A stretch of DNA of 64,000 nucleotides. It comes from Candidatus Marinacidobacterales bacterium. Its GTDB lineage: Bacteria; Acidobacteriota; Vicinamibacteria; Marinacidobacterales; DATDRI01. The stretch spans positions 1,312,001 through 1,376,000 of the forward strand of contig CBDCNP010000002.1 in NCBI GenBank assembly GCA_965219415.1, given 5' to 3'. The notes beneath the pieces are model-generated. The model did no database searches and was not told where the DNA came from. It worked only from the letters and a program-made list of their open reading frames with translations. The position numbers and the translations under genes are program-made. Every line of letters starts with the position of its first letter. The first letter of the stretch is position 1. Positions 49,411-59,682 of the stretch are shown here, in pieces.

Positions 49411-50106
49411 ATGGACCTCCTCCATACGATCTTCGGTGACATTCGCGAGGTGGTTCCCGCTCCGTTCTCGGAGTTTATTCTGGTAGTCGTTTCCATCGTC
49501 TGTGGAACGATCGTAGGCGCCGAAAGAGAACGGGCCGATAAGCCCGCTGGGCTCCGTACTCTGACGCTCATCTGCCTGGGCTCGACGGTCTTTACTCTGA
49601 TGTCCATCGACGCGGCCTTCGGAGCGCTCGATCGCTCACGCATCGCGGCGCAGATCGTAACTGGGGTGGGCTTCTTAGGCGCCGGCGCCATCCTTCGAGA
49701 TCGGGGCAGCATCATCGGCTTGACCACTGCCGCCTCCATCTGGGTTATTGCCGCAGTGGGAATGGTCGTAGGAGTCGGATACGCAACCAGTGGTCTGGCC
49801 CTGGCCGGTGTCATTTTCCTCACCCTCACACTTTGGCATCGACTGGAGGTACGGTATCTCGGCACCTGCGACTTGGAAAATCTGCACGTCGTCTTTCGAG
49901 CCGGCCGCGGGAAGAACCGAGCCCATATCCAAAGCATCCTCGACCGCCACGCCATGCCGGTCGAGATCGCTGAAGACCGAGAGCTGCCCGAAGGTCAGCG
50001 AGAGCTAACAATCCGTTACTGCCAAGCCCACAAGTCCCATCGGGCGTTTCAAGGTGATCTCGCGACACTCGATTGGATCGAGATCATGGAAACGCGGGTG
50101 AAATGA
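49411..50106 (+). CDS. MgtC/SapB family membrane protein
   Basis: GAERE..KPAGLRT, RIAAQIVTGVGFLGAG, GLTTAASIW. Confidence 0.92.
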   Translation: MDLLHTIFGDIREVVPAPFSEFILVVVSIVCGTIVGAERERADKPAGLRTLTLICLGSTVFTLMSIDAAFGALDRSRIAAQIVTGVGFLGAGAILRDRGSIIGLTTAASIWVIAAVGMVVGVGYATSGLALAGVIFLTLTLWHRLEVRYLGTCDLENLHVVFRAGRGKNRAHIQSILDRHAMPVEIAEDRELPEGQRELTIRYCQAHKSHRAFQGDLATLDWIEIMETRVK

Positions 50107-50465
50107 TCTGGGTGCGGGTAGGGAGCATACTCATGTTTTTCGCCGTCGGGTTGGGGGCGTTCGGAGCACACGCTCTGCGCGCTCGCCTGTCGGCCGATAT
50201 GCTCCAAGTCTTCGAGACCGGTGTCCGGTATCACTTCTATCACTCGCTCGCCCTCTTCGTGGTGGCCTGGCTCTCCGAGTCACACCCGAGCCAGTGGGTC
50301 ACGAACGCCGGCGTCGCTTTCACCTTCGGTGTGCTCGTATTCTCGGGCAGCCTCTACATACTCTCGATATCCGGTGTCAAGTGGTGGGGTGCGGTGACAC
50401 CGCTCGGTGGTCTCGGTTTCCTAGTAGGTTGGCTGCTCCTCGCGGTCGGCTCGTTTCGCTCCTGA
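50103..50465 (+). CDS. DUF423 (YgdD/TMEM256) membrane protein
   Basis: GAFGAH, FETGVRYHFYH, FSGSLY, TPLGG. Confidence 0.92.
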   Translation: MIWVRVGSILMFFAVGLGAFGAHALRARLSADMLQVFETGVRYHFYHSLALFVVAWLSESHPSQWVTNAGVAFTFGVLVFSGSLYILSISGVKWWGAVTPLGGLGFLVGWLLLAVGSFRS

Positions 50466-50476
50466 TAGAAGGCACT

Positions 50477-50689
50477 TTGCCCGGCACCGATTTCGTCTGC
50501 GTCGCGGACCCCATGTGCTCCTGGTGTTGGGTTTCACTCGCGGACTTCCGCAGCGCAGTCGAGATGGGTGCCCGAGGGTTCCCCTCCACCCTCCTCCGCG
50601 AGGGCGCGCGGTTTACCACGGTAAGCCGAGGGTGGCTCCCGCTCGAGGAGCTCGAAAGCGCGCTGGCACCTTGGCTCGCCATGGCTTGA
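50477..50689 (+). pseudogene. DsbA-family protein reduced to about 70 aa by an in-frame internal deletion
   Basis: ADPMCSWCW fused directly to DF....MGARGFPSTLL. Confidence 0.65.
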
Positions 50690-53199
50690 TGGAAACACTA
50701 GTCGACCTCATCCCCGAGATTGAGCGCCTCGGCAACCGCGAGGCGGTCCGGTTCCACAACGGGTTCCGAACCTGGACGCTTTCCTACCGAGCGCTCCATC
50801 ACGACATCGCTGCATTCGTCCATTTCCTTGACAACCAAGAAGCTGTGAAGGGCGATCGCCTGCTCTTGTGGGGCGAGAACCGGCCCGAGTGGGTCGCCGT
50901 TTTCTGGGCGTCGATTGCCCGAGGCGTGGAGGTCGTCCCGCTCGACTTCAGATCCTCTCCCGAGCTGATGAACCGGATTCAACAAAGGGTCCGCGCCCGA
51001 TGGCTGGTGCATGGCTCTCGGGTCAAGACGGACGGCGCAGAGGACGCAAAGCTCCGGAAATTTTCCTTCGAGGACCTGGACGCGCTGGACCATCACGACT
51101 TCAAGCCAATGACGCGTTCGAAGGATGATGTCGTTCAAATCGTCTTCACATCGGGCACCACCGGCGAGCCTAAAGGTGTCGTTCACCGACATCGACACCT
51201 TTGCGCCAACCTGACGCCCGTCGCTAGGGAGATCGAAAAATACAAATGGCTCGCCCGCCCCTTTCAGCCGATTCGCATCCTCGACCTGCTTCCCCTGAGC
51301 CACCTTTTTGGGCAGTCGCTAGGACTCTTCATTCCCGTCGTCCTCGGAGGATCAGTGGTCTTCGCGCAAGATCTTCAACCTGGCGCGATCTTGGAAACTT
51401 TGCGCCGCGAGAGAGTCTCGGTGCTGGTGAGCGTCCCCCAGCTCCTCAGGAACCTGCGTCACCACGTGGAGCCGCGACTCCCGTCGCCTGCAAGAAAGGG
51501 CTGGTGGAAGAACCGCTCACTACACCGCGAGCTCGGATGGAAGTTCTGGGCTCTCGTGGTAGGGGGGGCGCGACTTGCCACCGAAGACGAATCCTTCTGG
51601 CGACGATTGGGCTTCGTGGTTGCCCAAGGCTACGGGCTGACCGAAACGAGTCCCGCGGTAACCGTGAACCACCCGTTTCACACGACGGCCGGCTCACTTG
51701 GGAAAGTGGTCGGCGAACAGGAAGTCAAGATTGCGCCGGATGGTGAGATCCTGGTTCGAGGGGCGACGGTGGTCGCGGAATACTTGGGCGGCCCTACGGA
51801 CGGCGCGAGCAGCATGGACACATTCGTCGACGACGAGGGATGGCTGCATACCGGCGATCTTGGTCGCATCGACGACGAACGACGGCTCTACTTTCGCGGC
51901 AGAAAGAAAGACGTCATCGTCACCGCGGACGGCCTCAACATCCTTCCACAAGACGTCGAGGCAGTCCTCAACCAATTTCCGGAGGTCAAAGAGAGCGTCG
52001 TGCTTGGCCGAACCCACGAGGGCCGGGAGCGAGTCCATGCCGTCCTACTCTTGAACGATTCGAAAGCAAGCGTCCAACGACTCGTCAGCCAAGCCAACGA
52101 ATCGCTGGAGCCACACCAACGCATTCGCTCGTGGAGCATTTGGCCGGACGAAGATTTCCCTCGCACCGCTTCAACGCTAAAGATCAAGCGCCGTGAAATG
52201 TTTGATCGCCTGCAGGCGTTCGAGACTTCTCAGTCGGAACCGAAGCCAGCCACCGAAGTAATGGGAATCTTGGCGAACGTCTCGAGCCGCGACGTAGCGA
52301 CGCTGCGAGACGATCTCCGCCTTTCCGAGGACCTTGGTCTCTCCTCGTTGGAACAATTGGATCTCTTGTCGCGATTGGAGGAGGTCTATGGCGTGACTCT
52401 CGACGAGGAGGCCCTCTCCGAAACGGAAACCGTCGGCGAGTTGAGGGCCTGGCTCGAACAAGATCAACTCCCAGCCCCTCTTTCTCTGGAGACTCTTAGC
52501 CTCGAGACGGTGCCCCGATGGGACCGTTCGCGACCAGTTCGGTGGGCTCGCACCGCGATCTCGGAGCTCGTGTTCTGGCCGCTTCTACACCGTTATATCG
52601 AGCTCTCTGTCGACGGGCTCGAGAATTTGCAGGGCCTACGGCGGCCCGTGCTTTTCGCGGCCAACCACAGCAGCCATCTCGATACGCCAGCCATCATCGC
52701 CTCACTCCCATTCGCATGGCGTAACCGCGTCGCACCGGCCATGATGCAGGAACGATTCCGCGCCTACTTCGACCCGCGCGGCCAGCCGTTGAAGGCTCGT
52801 TGGCGAAACCGGTTCGAGTACTATCTGGCTACCTGTCTCTTCAACGCCTACCCACTACCTCACGAGATGAGCGGTGTGCGAAGCGCGCTCAAATTCACCG
52901 GTGAGCTCGTCGACCACGGTTTTTGTCCCCTGGTTTACCCCGAGGGTGAACGCTCCCCGGACGGCACCCTGAAGCCATTCAAGAGCGGTATCGGACTCAT
53001 GGCGGTCCGACTGCGGCTTCCGGTAGTCCCCATTCACCACCAGGGGATGTTCGAGATCTACTCGCTCCACGACAGTTGGCCACGAACCGGCCGGGTGCAT
53101 CTGCGAATTGGCACCGCGTTACGTTTTTCAGAGGAGGACGACTACCAGAGCACAACCGAGGTCATAAGAGAGGCGATCGAAAAACTAGGCCACGGGTGA
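50689..53199 (+). CDS. AMP-binding acyl-CoA/ACP ligase - ACP - PlsC acyltransferase fusion (Aas-like)
   Basis: FTSGTTGEPKG, GYGLTE, TGDLG; ACP DLGLSSL; NHSSHLD and YPEGERS. Confidence 0.9.
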   Translation: METLVDLIPEIERLGNREAVRFHNGFRTWTLSYRALHHDIAAFVHFLDNQEAVKGDRLLLWGENRPEWVAVFWASIARGVEVVPLDFRSSPELMNRIQQRVRARWLVHGSRVKTDGAEDAKLRKFSFEDLDALDHHDFKPMTRSKDDVVQIVFTSGTTGEPKGVVHRHRHLCANLTPVAREIEKYKWLARPFQPIRILDLLPLSHLFGQSLGLFIPVVLGGSVVFAQDLQPGAILETLRRERVSVLVSVPQLLRNLRHHVEPRLPSPARKGWWKNRSLHRELGWKFWALVVGGARLATEDESFWRRLGFVVAQGYGLTETSPAVTVNHPFHTTAGSLGKVVGEQEVKIAPDGEILVRGATVVAEYLGGPTDGASSMDTFVDDEGWLHTGDLGRIDDERRLYFRGRKKDVIVTADGLNILPQDVEAVLNQFPEVKESVVLGRTHEGRERVHAVLLLNDSKASVQRLVSQANESLEPHQRIRSWSIWPDEDFPRTASTLKIKRREMFDRLQAFETSQSEPKPATEVMGILANVSSRDVATLRDDLRLSEDLGLSSLEQLDLLSRLEEVYGVTLDEEALSETETVGELRAWLEQDQLPAPLSLETLSLETVPRWDRSRPVRWARTAISELVFWPLLHRYIELSVDGLENLQGLRRPVLFAANHSSHLDTPAIIASLPFAWRNRVAPAMMQERFRAYFDPRGQPLKARWRNRFEYYLATCLFNAYPLPHEMSGVRSALKFTGELVDHGFCPLVYPEGERSPDGTLKPFKSGIGLMAVRLRLPVVPIHHQGMFEIYSLHDSWPRTGRVHLRIGTALRFSEEDDYQSTTEVIREAIEKLGHG

Positions 53200-53206
53200 A
53201 TCTAGA

Positions 53207-55588
53207 CTACTCGCGCTCCCAGATCTCGGACTCGTTCAGAGCACTCCACTCGTTGCCCCGCCGCGAACGCCCCTTGAGGTTGGGAGAGAAAGGCACCGTC
53301 GCAACGGCTTCACTGAAACTGTGCGCCCCGGGGCTTCGTGGATCACTTCCATCGAGCGTGTAGTAGACCCGTTCCGCACCCTCCGGGCGAGCGATGGTGA
53401 CGCCGTCAGGAGTACGCTCGAACACCGGAGGGTCGATCGAGGGGTAGTAACGATGTTCCCGAAGCGCCCGAATGAACCTATCGACGTTGCCGTCCATCAA
53501 TTCGAGGACGTAGTCCCTCGACCGCTTCCAATGCACCTCCCGGGTGCGGGGGCGATTCTCTCTGCCAGGACTCGCGTCCCCCCATCGGGCAGACTCACAA
53601 AGCATTGCGGACTCGATATAATCCGCTAGCCTTCGAAAATTCGCCTTGTTGGCTCTGTCCGCGAGTGGGCCGCCGTCGTAGCAGGCGCGGCAGACGCGGT
53701 CTGCAAACTCCAAACTGAACTCCGGGCTGTCGTCCAACGCCATCCATAGTTGGTGTAGTGCCGAGGTCCCGCCGGACACGAACTTGGGCGGAACCCATGC
53801 CCCAGCGTGGCCGTAGTTGGAGAGTAGTCCGTACGTGATCTCCGAATCCCAGCAAAAATACAATCCGACGCCGGGAGGGTGAATCCGAATTCCTCCATAC
53901 CAATTCCGTCTTCCCCAATCTCCCATGCCGGAAAACCAATTGAGCAAGATGTAATCGCTAAACTGGGCCGTATCCAATAAGGCTTTCATCTTCTCGTACT
54001 TCACAGGCTCCGATAGGTCGTTATCACGTGCATAACCGTGCATCGCGTACCACCGGGGGTTCGGGTTGCCAACCGCGCCGGACTGGTTGATGGCAAACCA
54101 GTCGGCGTCCGCATCGCCACCATAATAGGATGCGAGGAATCGCCGATCTGGACGCTCCACCGCGTTGTACACCCCCCAGTAAATTCCGTTCAGATAGACA
54201 TGCACAAAAATGCCGTGCGCAGCAGTCCCACTCAAAGAAAGCTGCGAGTCTCGAGCGTGTTGGTCGCGGACATAGACCGCCAACTCGCCGATCTCGCCGG
54301 CTCTCGACCAATTGGCTTGCCCCCCCGCCCGAAGAACGATGGTGTTGAACTCTCTCACGGCAGATTCGGCATGGTGCACCGCGCTCTCAAAAAAAGGGTA
54401 TCTCAGCATCCCTGGGCCGTAGTCTTTACTGAAACTCAGGCGAAACGAGCGCTTTTCCCTTGCTTGGGTCACGCTGTGGGCTCTAATTCCACAATCGATC
54501 TGGAAACCTTCGAAGTCGGGAAATGTCTCGGGGTAAAGGAGCTCAACCGATGCGGGACGGGTTAGTGCGCCCTTTTGAAAGTAGAGCCCTCCGCTCTCAC
54601 TAAAGAGATGATCCTCGTCCATGACGACGGAGAGGGTCGGAATCGACGTCAGTCCTTCCACAAACTCCCGCTGGTTGCTCGTATTCACGACATCGGGATC
54701 GATCTCGAGGTCGAGATCTCGGCGGGGAGCCATGTTGAAGGAGCGAAACGGGGCCGGATAATCGAATGGCAACGTCGCCTGTTCCTTCACGTTCGTTGGG
54801 AAAATATAGGTATGGGTGTCGACGTTCGTGCTCTTCGAGCCACGCTTGTACGCCATGGCCCGAAGGACGGTCGTGGAATCCACAAAGACCTTGTCGCCGA
54901 TCGTTCCATTGCTAGCACTCGGTTCACTGCCGTCGGTGGTGTAAACGATCGTCGCGCCCGGAGTGGCGGTGGCGATGGTCACTTCGAAAGGGCTCTCGTA
55001 AAAGCCACGATCGTGGCTGAATTTCGTATCCCCTACCGACCGCGTTCGGCCGGCTCGGCGATGCCATTCATTGAAAAGATCGACCGCTTGCCCAACCGGC
55101 TCCGCCTGTACGCTCGTAAGAATGGGTTCCCCCAAAATCGGAACGAGTTGCTCCGGATGCGTGCCGCTCGAGGCGTCCAGCAGAGGCCGCGCCGTGAAGG
55201 TCAGCGAGACCTCTATCCCCGCCAATGGAGTGAGGTCAGCCATGCGGTCATGCCAACGATTCCCGCCATGGGCGGCAAGGGTCTCGCGAAAGGCCCGGCT
55301 CCGCCTGCCATCGGCGTCGATCTCAATCAGGAACTCTGTATCAGGCATGTCCCGGTTGGGCGTACCCAATACGGCCATCGAGAATTGGAGCACCGCGTTT
55401 TGGGGTACCCGAAGCGCGAAAACCCACTCCGAGCCCTCTAGAGCGGCCCGGGACTCTCCCTCCAACATCACATCCCGAGGAGCCTGAGAAGGATCGAGAA
55501 GCGAAACAGGCTGCGAACTCGGCAACTCGCTGCAAGCCGCCACGAATGCTAGCAGCATCGGGACAAGCGTGACGCCCCTTCTTCCCAT
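53207..55588 (-). CDS. CotH kinase-family lipoprotein with chitobiase/Fn3-associated domains
   Basis: VAAC lipobox, IVYTTDGSEP, KRSFRL, VYLNGIYWGVYNAVER, DW..NW, WDSE, YYTLDGSDPR. Confidence 0.8.
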   Translation of the reverse strand: MGRRGVTLVPMLLAFVAACSELPSSQPVSLLDPSQAPRDVMLEGESRAALEGSEWVFALRVPQNAVLQFSMAVLGTPNRDMPDTEFLIEIDADGRRSRAFRETLAAHGGNRWHDRMADLTPLAGIEVSLTFTARPLLDASSGTHPEQLVPILGEPILTSVQAEPVGQAVDLFNEWHRRAGRTRSVGDTKFSHDRGFYESPFEVTIATATPGATIVYTTDGSEPSASNGTIGDKVFVDSTTVLRAMAYKRGSKSTNVDTHTYIFPTNVKEQATLPFDYPAPFRSFNMAPRRDLDLEIDPDVVNTSNQREFVEGLTSIPTLSVVMDEDHLFSESGGLYFQKGALTRPASVELLYPETFPDFEGFQIDCGIRAHSVTQAREKRSFRLSFSKDYGPGMLRYPFFESAVHHAESAVREFNTIVLRAGGQANWSRAGEIGELAVYVRDQHARDSQLSLSGTAAHGIFVHVYLNGIYWGVYNAVERPDRRFLASYYGGDADADWFAINQSGAVGNPNPRWYAMHGYARDNDLSEPVKYEKMKALLDTAQFSDYILLNWFSGMGDWGRRNWYGGIRIHPPGVGLYFCWDSEITYGLLSNYGHAGAWVPPKFVSGGTSALHQLWMALDDSPEFSLEFADRVCRACYDGGPLADRANKANFRRLADYIESAMLCESARWGDASPGRENRPRTREVHWKRSRDYVLELMDGNVDRFIRALREHRYYPSIDPPVFERTPDGVTIARPEGAERVYYTLDGSDPRSPGAHSFSEAVATVPFSPNLKGRSRRGNEWSALNESEIWERE

Positions 55589-55745
55589 CGCAGTGTTGCA
55601 GGCCTAACCAACGCCTTTATAGGCCCCAGGAATAAACTCGTTTCCAGACGTAACCAATCGGCCACGTCGGAATCCTACTCTATGTGGCTGTTAATCAAGA
55701 CCCCAAACGGGGCTCGGCAGACCACCAATTAAGGGGGAATAAGCG

Positions 55746-56460
55746 ATGAAAAGCCGACGCTTTACGAGTCTTACCTTTGTGGTCGCCGCCTTTGTGATGA
55801 CTTCCAGCGGTTACCTGCTCCATGCTGGCGACGACGCGAGCGCGACGACGTCTTACCAGGTTGTTTTCGTTCCTTCCTGGAACCCCGATACCCATCCCCA
55901 GGACTACCCCATTACCCATGGGAAGAAGGGACTTCTGACACCCATCATTGGAGCCACCCATGGAACTGACTACCGCCTCTTCGCCTCTGGGAAGCAGCCA
56001 ACCGCTGGACTTGAGCGCCTCTCCGAAATGGGCAAGCACGATCCGCTCGGATTCGGAGATCAAGGCAGCCATTGCGGCTGGTAAAGCTGGTGCACTCATC
56101 GAGTTTGCCGAAGCCAGCGAGGGTCCGGTCCACGCCCCGGTTGCCCACCGTTTCGAAATCGACGAAAGCTACCCTCTCGTGTCACTGGTGGGGATGATTG
56201 CACCTGGCCCAGACTGGTTCTTCCGTGTCTCAAACGTGGAGCTACGGCAAGATGGTCGCTGGGTGTCCTCTATCACCGTCGGAGTCTTCGCCTGGGACTC
56301 GGGTGGAGATGCCGGGACAACCTACATGGCGGAAGATGCCGACCTCGACCCCAAGAAAGCATCTCAGCTGCTCGACAATCCGATTTTTCTCCAGAACGGA
56401 AACCGTGTTTCCGTGGGTACGTTCATCTTCAAACGTGTGCCGTCGATGGCAACCGAATAG
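55746..56460 (+). CDS. Secreted spondin_N-domain protein (one frameshift near 56045)
   Basis: W...THPQDYP, GATH, GLERLSEMG, then MIAPGPDWF, AWDSGGD.G.TY. Confidence 0.78.
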
Positions 56461-56469
56461 GGATCGCAA

Positions 56470-56512
56470 TCCTGCTCCTTCGCTCCTGTCTGAGGACAGC
56501 GGGGGAGCAGGA
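56470..56512. repeat. Long intergenic stem-loop without a U tract
   Basis: TCCTGCTCC/GGAGCAGGA arms extended by G-U pairs. Confidence 0.6.
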
Positions 56513-56538
56513 CCGAACCTTACCGAGGCGCGCCTGAC

Positions 56539-57517
56539 ATGAATGACATGAAGAAAAACGCTAGAACCGCGTTGACCTTCCTGGGGTTGGCCACCATTCT
56601 CTTCGCTCTGGGACCGGCTGTCTTGAAGCTCTTAACTACGATGGGGGGACGCTTTGGCATCTCGAACCCTGGCGCCATTTCCTTTTGCAATGTTCTCTTC
56701 GTCGGAAATTTCTGCGCCGGTCTCGTGACGTTAGTGATCTACGGCGTCCGCCCCATCGCCGGCGAGCTCCTTCGCTTGCCAAGGAGGGCAAAGTTGGCGC
56801 TCACCCTGGGAGCCATCGTTTCCACCATCTACCCTGCCCTCCTCTTTACGGCGCTCGAGCGTACCCCTCGGTAATCAACATCGTTCTCCTGTCGCGGTTC
56901 AACGGCATCGTCTTCGTCGGCTTGGCCTATCTCTTCTACCGAACGATGGTCCGGAAGGCGGATGTGGTGGGTTACGGAATCATCGCGGTCGGCGTGGCGA
57001 CCCTGGTGGTCATCAACAACGGTGGCCTCAATCTCAGCTCCTGGTCCTAGCCGCCACGGTCTTTTTCGCTCTGACCGAGCTCATCAGCAAGACGATCCTT
57101 CGGGATTGTTCCATCGAAGCCTACGTGTTCTTCCGCAATGCGGTCTCTGCCCTAATCTTCTTCGTCCTCGCGGTGTACTTCTTCGGCTTCCACCATTTCA
57201 TGGACGCTTTCGCCGGTGAGCTCTGGATTCTGATGGTAATCTACGCCGGCTTCGCGGTAGTTGCCGCCCAACTCTTTTGGCTGAAGGCGACGCGGGTCCT
57301 ACCGGTAAAGACGGTTGCCAATAGCCAACTCCTCAACCCGGGCTTCAGCATTCTTTTCGCTTACCTGTTGCTGCACGAGGTTCCTTCGGCGCTCGAATGG
57401 ACGGTGATGGAGGTCATTCTCGTGGGGATGTTGATTCCCAAGCTTGGAGTCTGGGAGCGCGGCCGGCAGGAAGTCCGGCCGGTGGCCCTCGGTGCGGGCT
57501 TGGTCGGGATGCACTAA
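56539..57517 (+). CDS. EamA/DMT family transporter (frameshifted)
   Basis: About ten hydrophobic segments over three ORFs; NPGFSILFAYLLLHE. Confidence 0.75.
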
Positions 57518-57531
57518 GAAAGGAATTTCCC

Positions 57532-58027
57532 ATGATCCAAGAAACGACCCGCCGCGTTTCCACCGCGTTTGTTTTGTTGTCGCTGGCAGTCTCTTCGACG
57601 CCCGTCGTCGCACTCGGCGAAACCCCTGTCGTCAAACGACCCGAGGACCTCCGTATGGATGGAGCGGCCTTCCGGAGTGCGGGTCGCGGTTCTCCAAGGC
57701 GATCCGGAAAAACCCGGCCCATTCACGCTACGCTTGCAGTACCCGGCGGGATACTGCAAAGGACCGCATTTTCATCCTCGCGACGCCTACGTGACGGTTC
57801 TTTCGGGGAGTTACTTCCGTGGCTATGGAGCTATTGTCGACGAGCCCAATGCGTTCGAGCTCACTCCGGGAACCTTTTCCGTGAACCCGGGAAGAGTCAG
57901 CCACTACGAATGGACTCTGGTGCCGGCCGAGCTTCAGGTCCACGCCACCGGCCCTTGGGAGACCGTCTACGTGGATGCCGAAGGCGACCCACTCAAAGGC
58001 AAGCGGGAGACGGGAATGCCGCAATAG
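57532..58027 (+). CDS. Secreted cupin (DUF4437-like), frameshifted
   Basis: Signal peptide, then VLQGDPEKPGPFTLRL..PHFHP..VTVLSG..H, GPW. Confidence 0.78.
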
Positions 58028-58140
58028 ACCTGTTCGAGATCCAACTCTTATGTTATCGCGAGCTCTTTTCTAATGAGGGATTGTTGTAGTGACACGGTGA
58101 AAATTATCCAATCAGTTGGCGCTGTGCTAGCGTCGGCGGC

Positions 58141-58776
58141 ATGGGAGTCTCCGAACCGCCGGCGGGCGACCGCTCGCCTAGTCTTGAGGAACAAGAACGA
58201 GAAACCGCACTGATTCGCGCGATCCGAGCCGGCGATGAGGCGGCTTGCGAAAGAGTCGTGCGGCAGCAAAGTGGGAGAATACTGGGAACCGCCAGAAGAT
58301 TATTGAGCAATGAAGAAGACGCTCGGGACGCCGTCCAAGATGCGTTCTTGTCTGCGTTTCGCTCCATCGAAGGCTTCCAGGGAGCCTCACGGCTTTCTAC
58401 CTGGCTTCACCGAATCGTTGTCAACGCCGCTCTGATGAAACTACGAATGAGGCGCCGAAAGCCCGAACAGTCGATAGACGAACTGCTGCCCGAGTTCTTG
58501 GAAGACGGTCACCAAACTCCGAGATCGGTAAAATGGAGTGAGCCGTATGCGGAGCTGGAAAGACGGGAGACACACGCCCTGGTTCATCAGTGTATCGACC
58601 AACTTCCCGTCTCCTACCGCACCGTTCTAATCCTCCGTGACATCGAGGAGCTGGATACAGAGGAAACCGCAAAGTTATTGGGCGTGACCCAAAACGCCGT
58701 CAAGATTCGTCTTCACCGAGCCCGGCAGGCGCTGCGCACGTTGCTGGACCCGCATTTTCGTGGAGAAGCGGCATGA
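58141..58776 (+). CDS. ECF sigma-70 family sigma factor
   Basis: DAVQDAFL, STWLHRIVVN, LRDIEEL, VKIRLHRARQ. Confidence 0.93.
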   Translation: MGVSEPPAGDRSPSLEEQERETALIRAIRAGDEAACERVVRQQSGRILGTARRLLSNEEDARDAVQDAFLSAFRSIEGFQGASRLSTWLHRIVVNAALMKLRMRRRKPEQSIDELLPEFLEDGHQTPRSVKWSEPYAELERRETHALVHQCIDQLPVSYRTVLILRDIEELDTEETAKLLGVTQNAVKIRLHRARQALRTLLDPHFRGEAA

Positions 58777-59021
58777 TTGCATGTCGCGAGTTCATCGAGT
58801 TCTTATCGGCGTACCTCTCGGAGGAGCTTCCCGAATCACAGCGGTCACGCTTCGAAGCGCACCTCGCAGGCTGTAAGTCGTGCGTCGCCTACATGAACTC
58901 CTATATCGAAACGATGCGTCTAGAAAAAGCTGCGCTCGCCGATCCCGATGAAGGCGTTCCCGAGGACGCTCCTGAAGATCTCATCAAAGCCATTCTCGCC
59001 GCCAAAGGGAAACAGAAATAG
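58773..59021 (+). CDS. Soluble zf-HC2 anti-sigma factor
   Basis: N-terminal Cys plus HLAGCKSC; overlaps the sigma stop; no TM. Confidence 0.88.
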   Translation: MIACREFIEFLSAYLSEELPESQRSRFEAHLAGCKSCVAYMNSYIETMRLEKAALADPDEGVPEDAPEDLIKAILAAKGKQK

Positions 59022-59066
59022 CGCTTCGGAGCCCGGATCGCCAAACTAGAGCGAGCGAAGGACCAA

Positions 59067-59678
59067 ATGAGTCGATACTTACTCCTGTACTTGTCCTTCC
59101 TGCCCCTGCAAGAGGTGGAACCTCTACCGCCCGATCCGACGCCACTACCTTCTGGTCTCCATTGCCCGGTGGACAACGACACCGTTTACAACCGAGAGTT
59201 CGGCGCGCGGTTTCGAGGACGCCGTTACTACATGGACCGCGAGGATTGCCAGAAGATGTTCCTTGCGGATCCGGAGCGATTCGCCAAAGAGATCGAACCG
59301 CGAGCCGCTCTCTTCGCTTCGCCTCGCCCCGATCGTACGTCTTACGGTCCCTTCTTTCTGTACTTCGGCATTCTGATCGTGGTGGATCTCTTTTTCGGGG
59401 CCATGACGTCGTACGTCGCCATTCAAAAGGGACTCGACGGACAGAAGTGGTTCTGCGGAGGTTTCATCCTCAATGTCCTTGGCTTCGCTCTCGTACTGAC
59501 TCGTGGCAGCAAGGAGATGCTGTTTCGCAGTGAGGGAGTGCGCAAGACACCCGCTACCTACGAGCCCGGTGCCGGTCCGAAATGCGGAAATCTGAACCAC
59601 CCCTCGGCGAACCGTTGCAGCCGCTGCGGTCAAGCTCTCGAAGCCGGTGTGGAAAGCGACGTGGCGCGGGCGGGCTAG
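59067..59678 (+). CDS. YHS-like domain + two TM + zinc-ribbon membrane protein
   Basis: CPVD..GRRYY....CQKMFLADPERF; two TMs; PKCG....ANRCSRCG. Confidence 0.7.
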   Translation: MSRYLLLYLSFLPLQEVEPLPPDPTPLPSGLHCPVDNDTVYNREFGARFRGRRYYMDREDCQKMFLADPERFAKEIEPRAALFASPRPDRTSYGPFFLYFGILIVVDLFFGAMTSYVAIQKGLDGQKWFCGGFILNVLGFALVLTRGSKEMLFRSEGVRKTPATYEPGAGPKCGNLNHPSANRCSRCGQALEAGVESDVARAG

Positions 59679-59682
59679 GACT

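Noticed and set aside
55645-55685. ECF promoter GTAAC..TCCTA upstream of the spondin gene
   Set aside because: No convincingly matching motif upstream of the ECF gene itself; too weak to call
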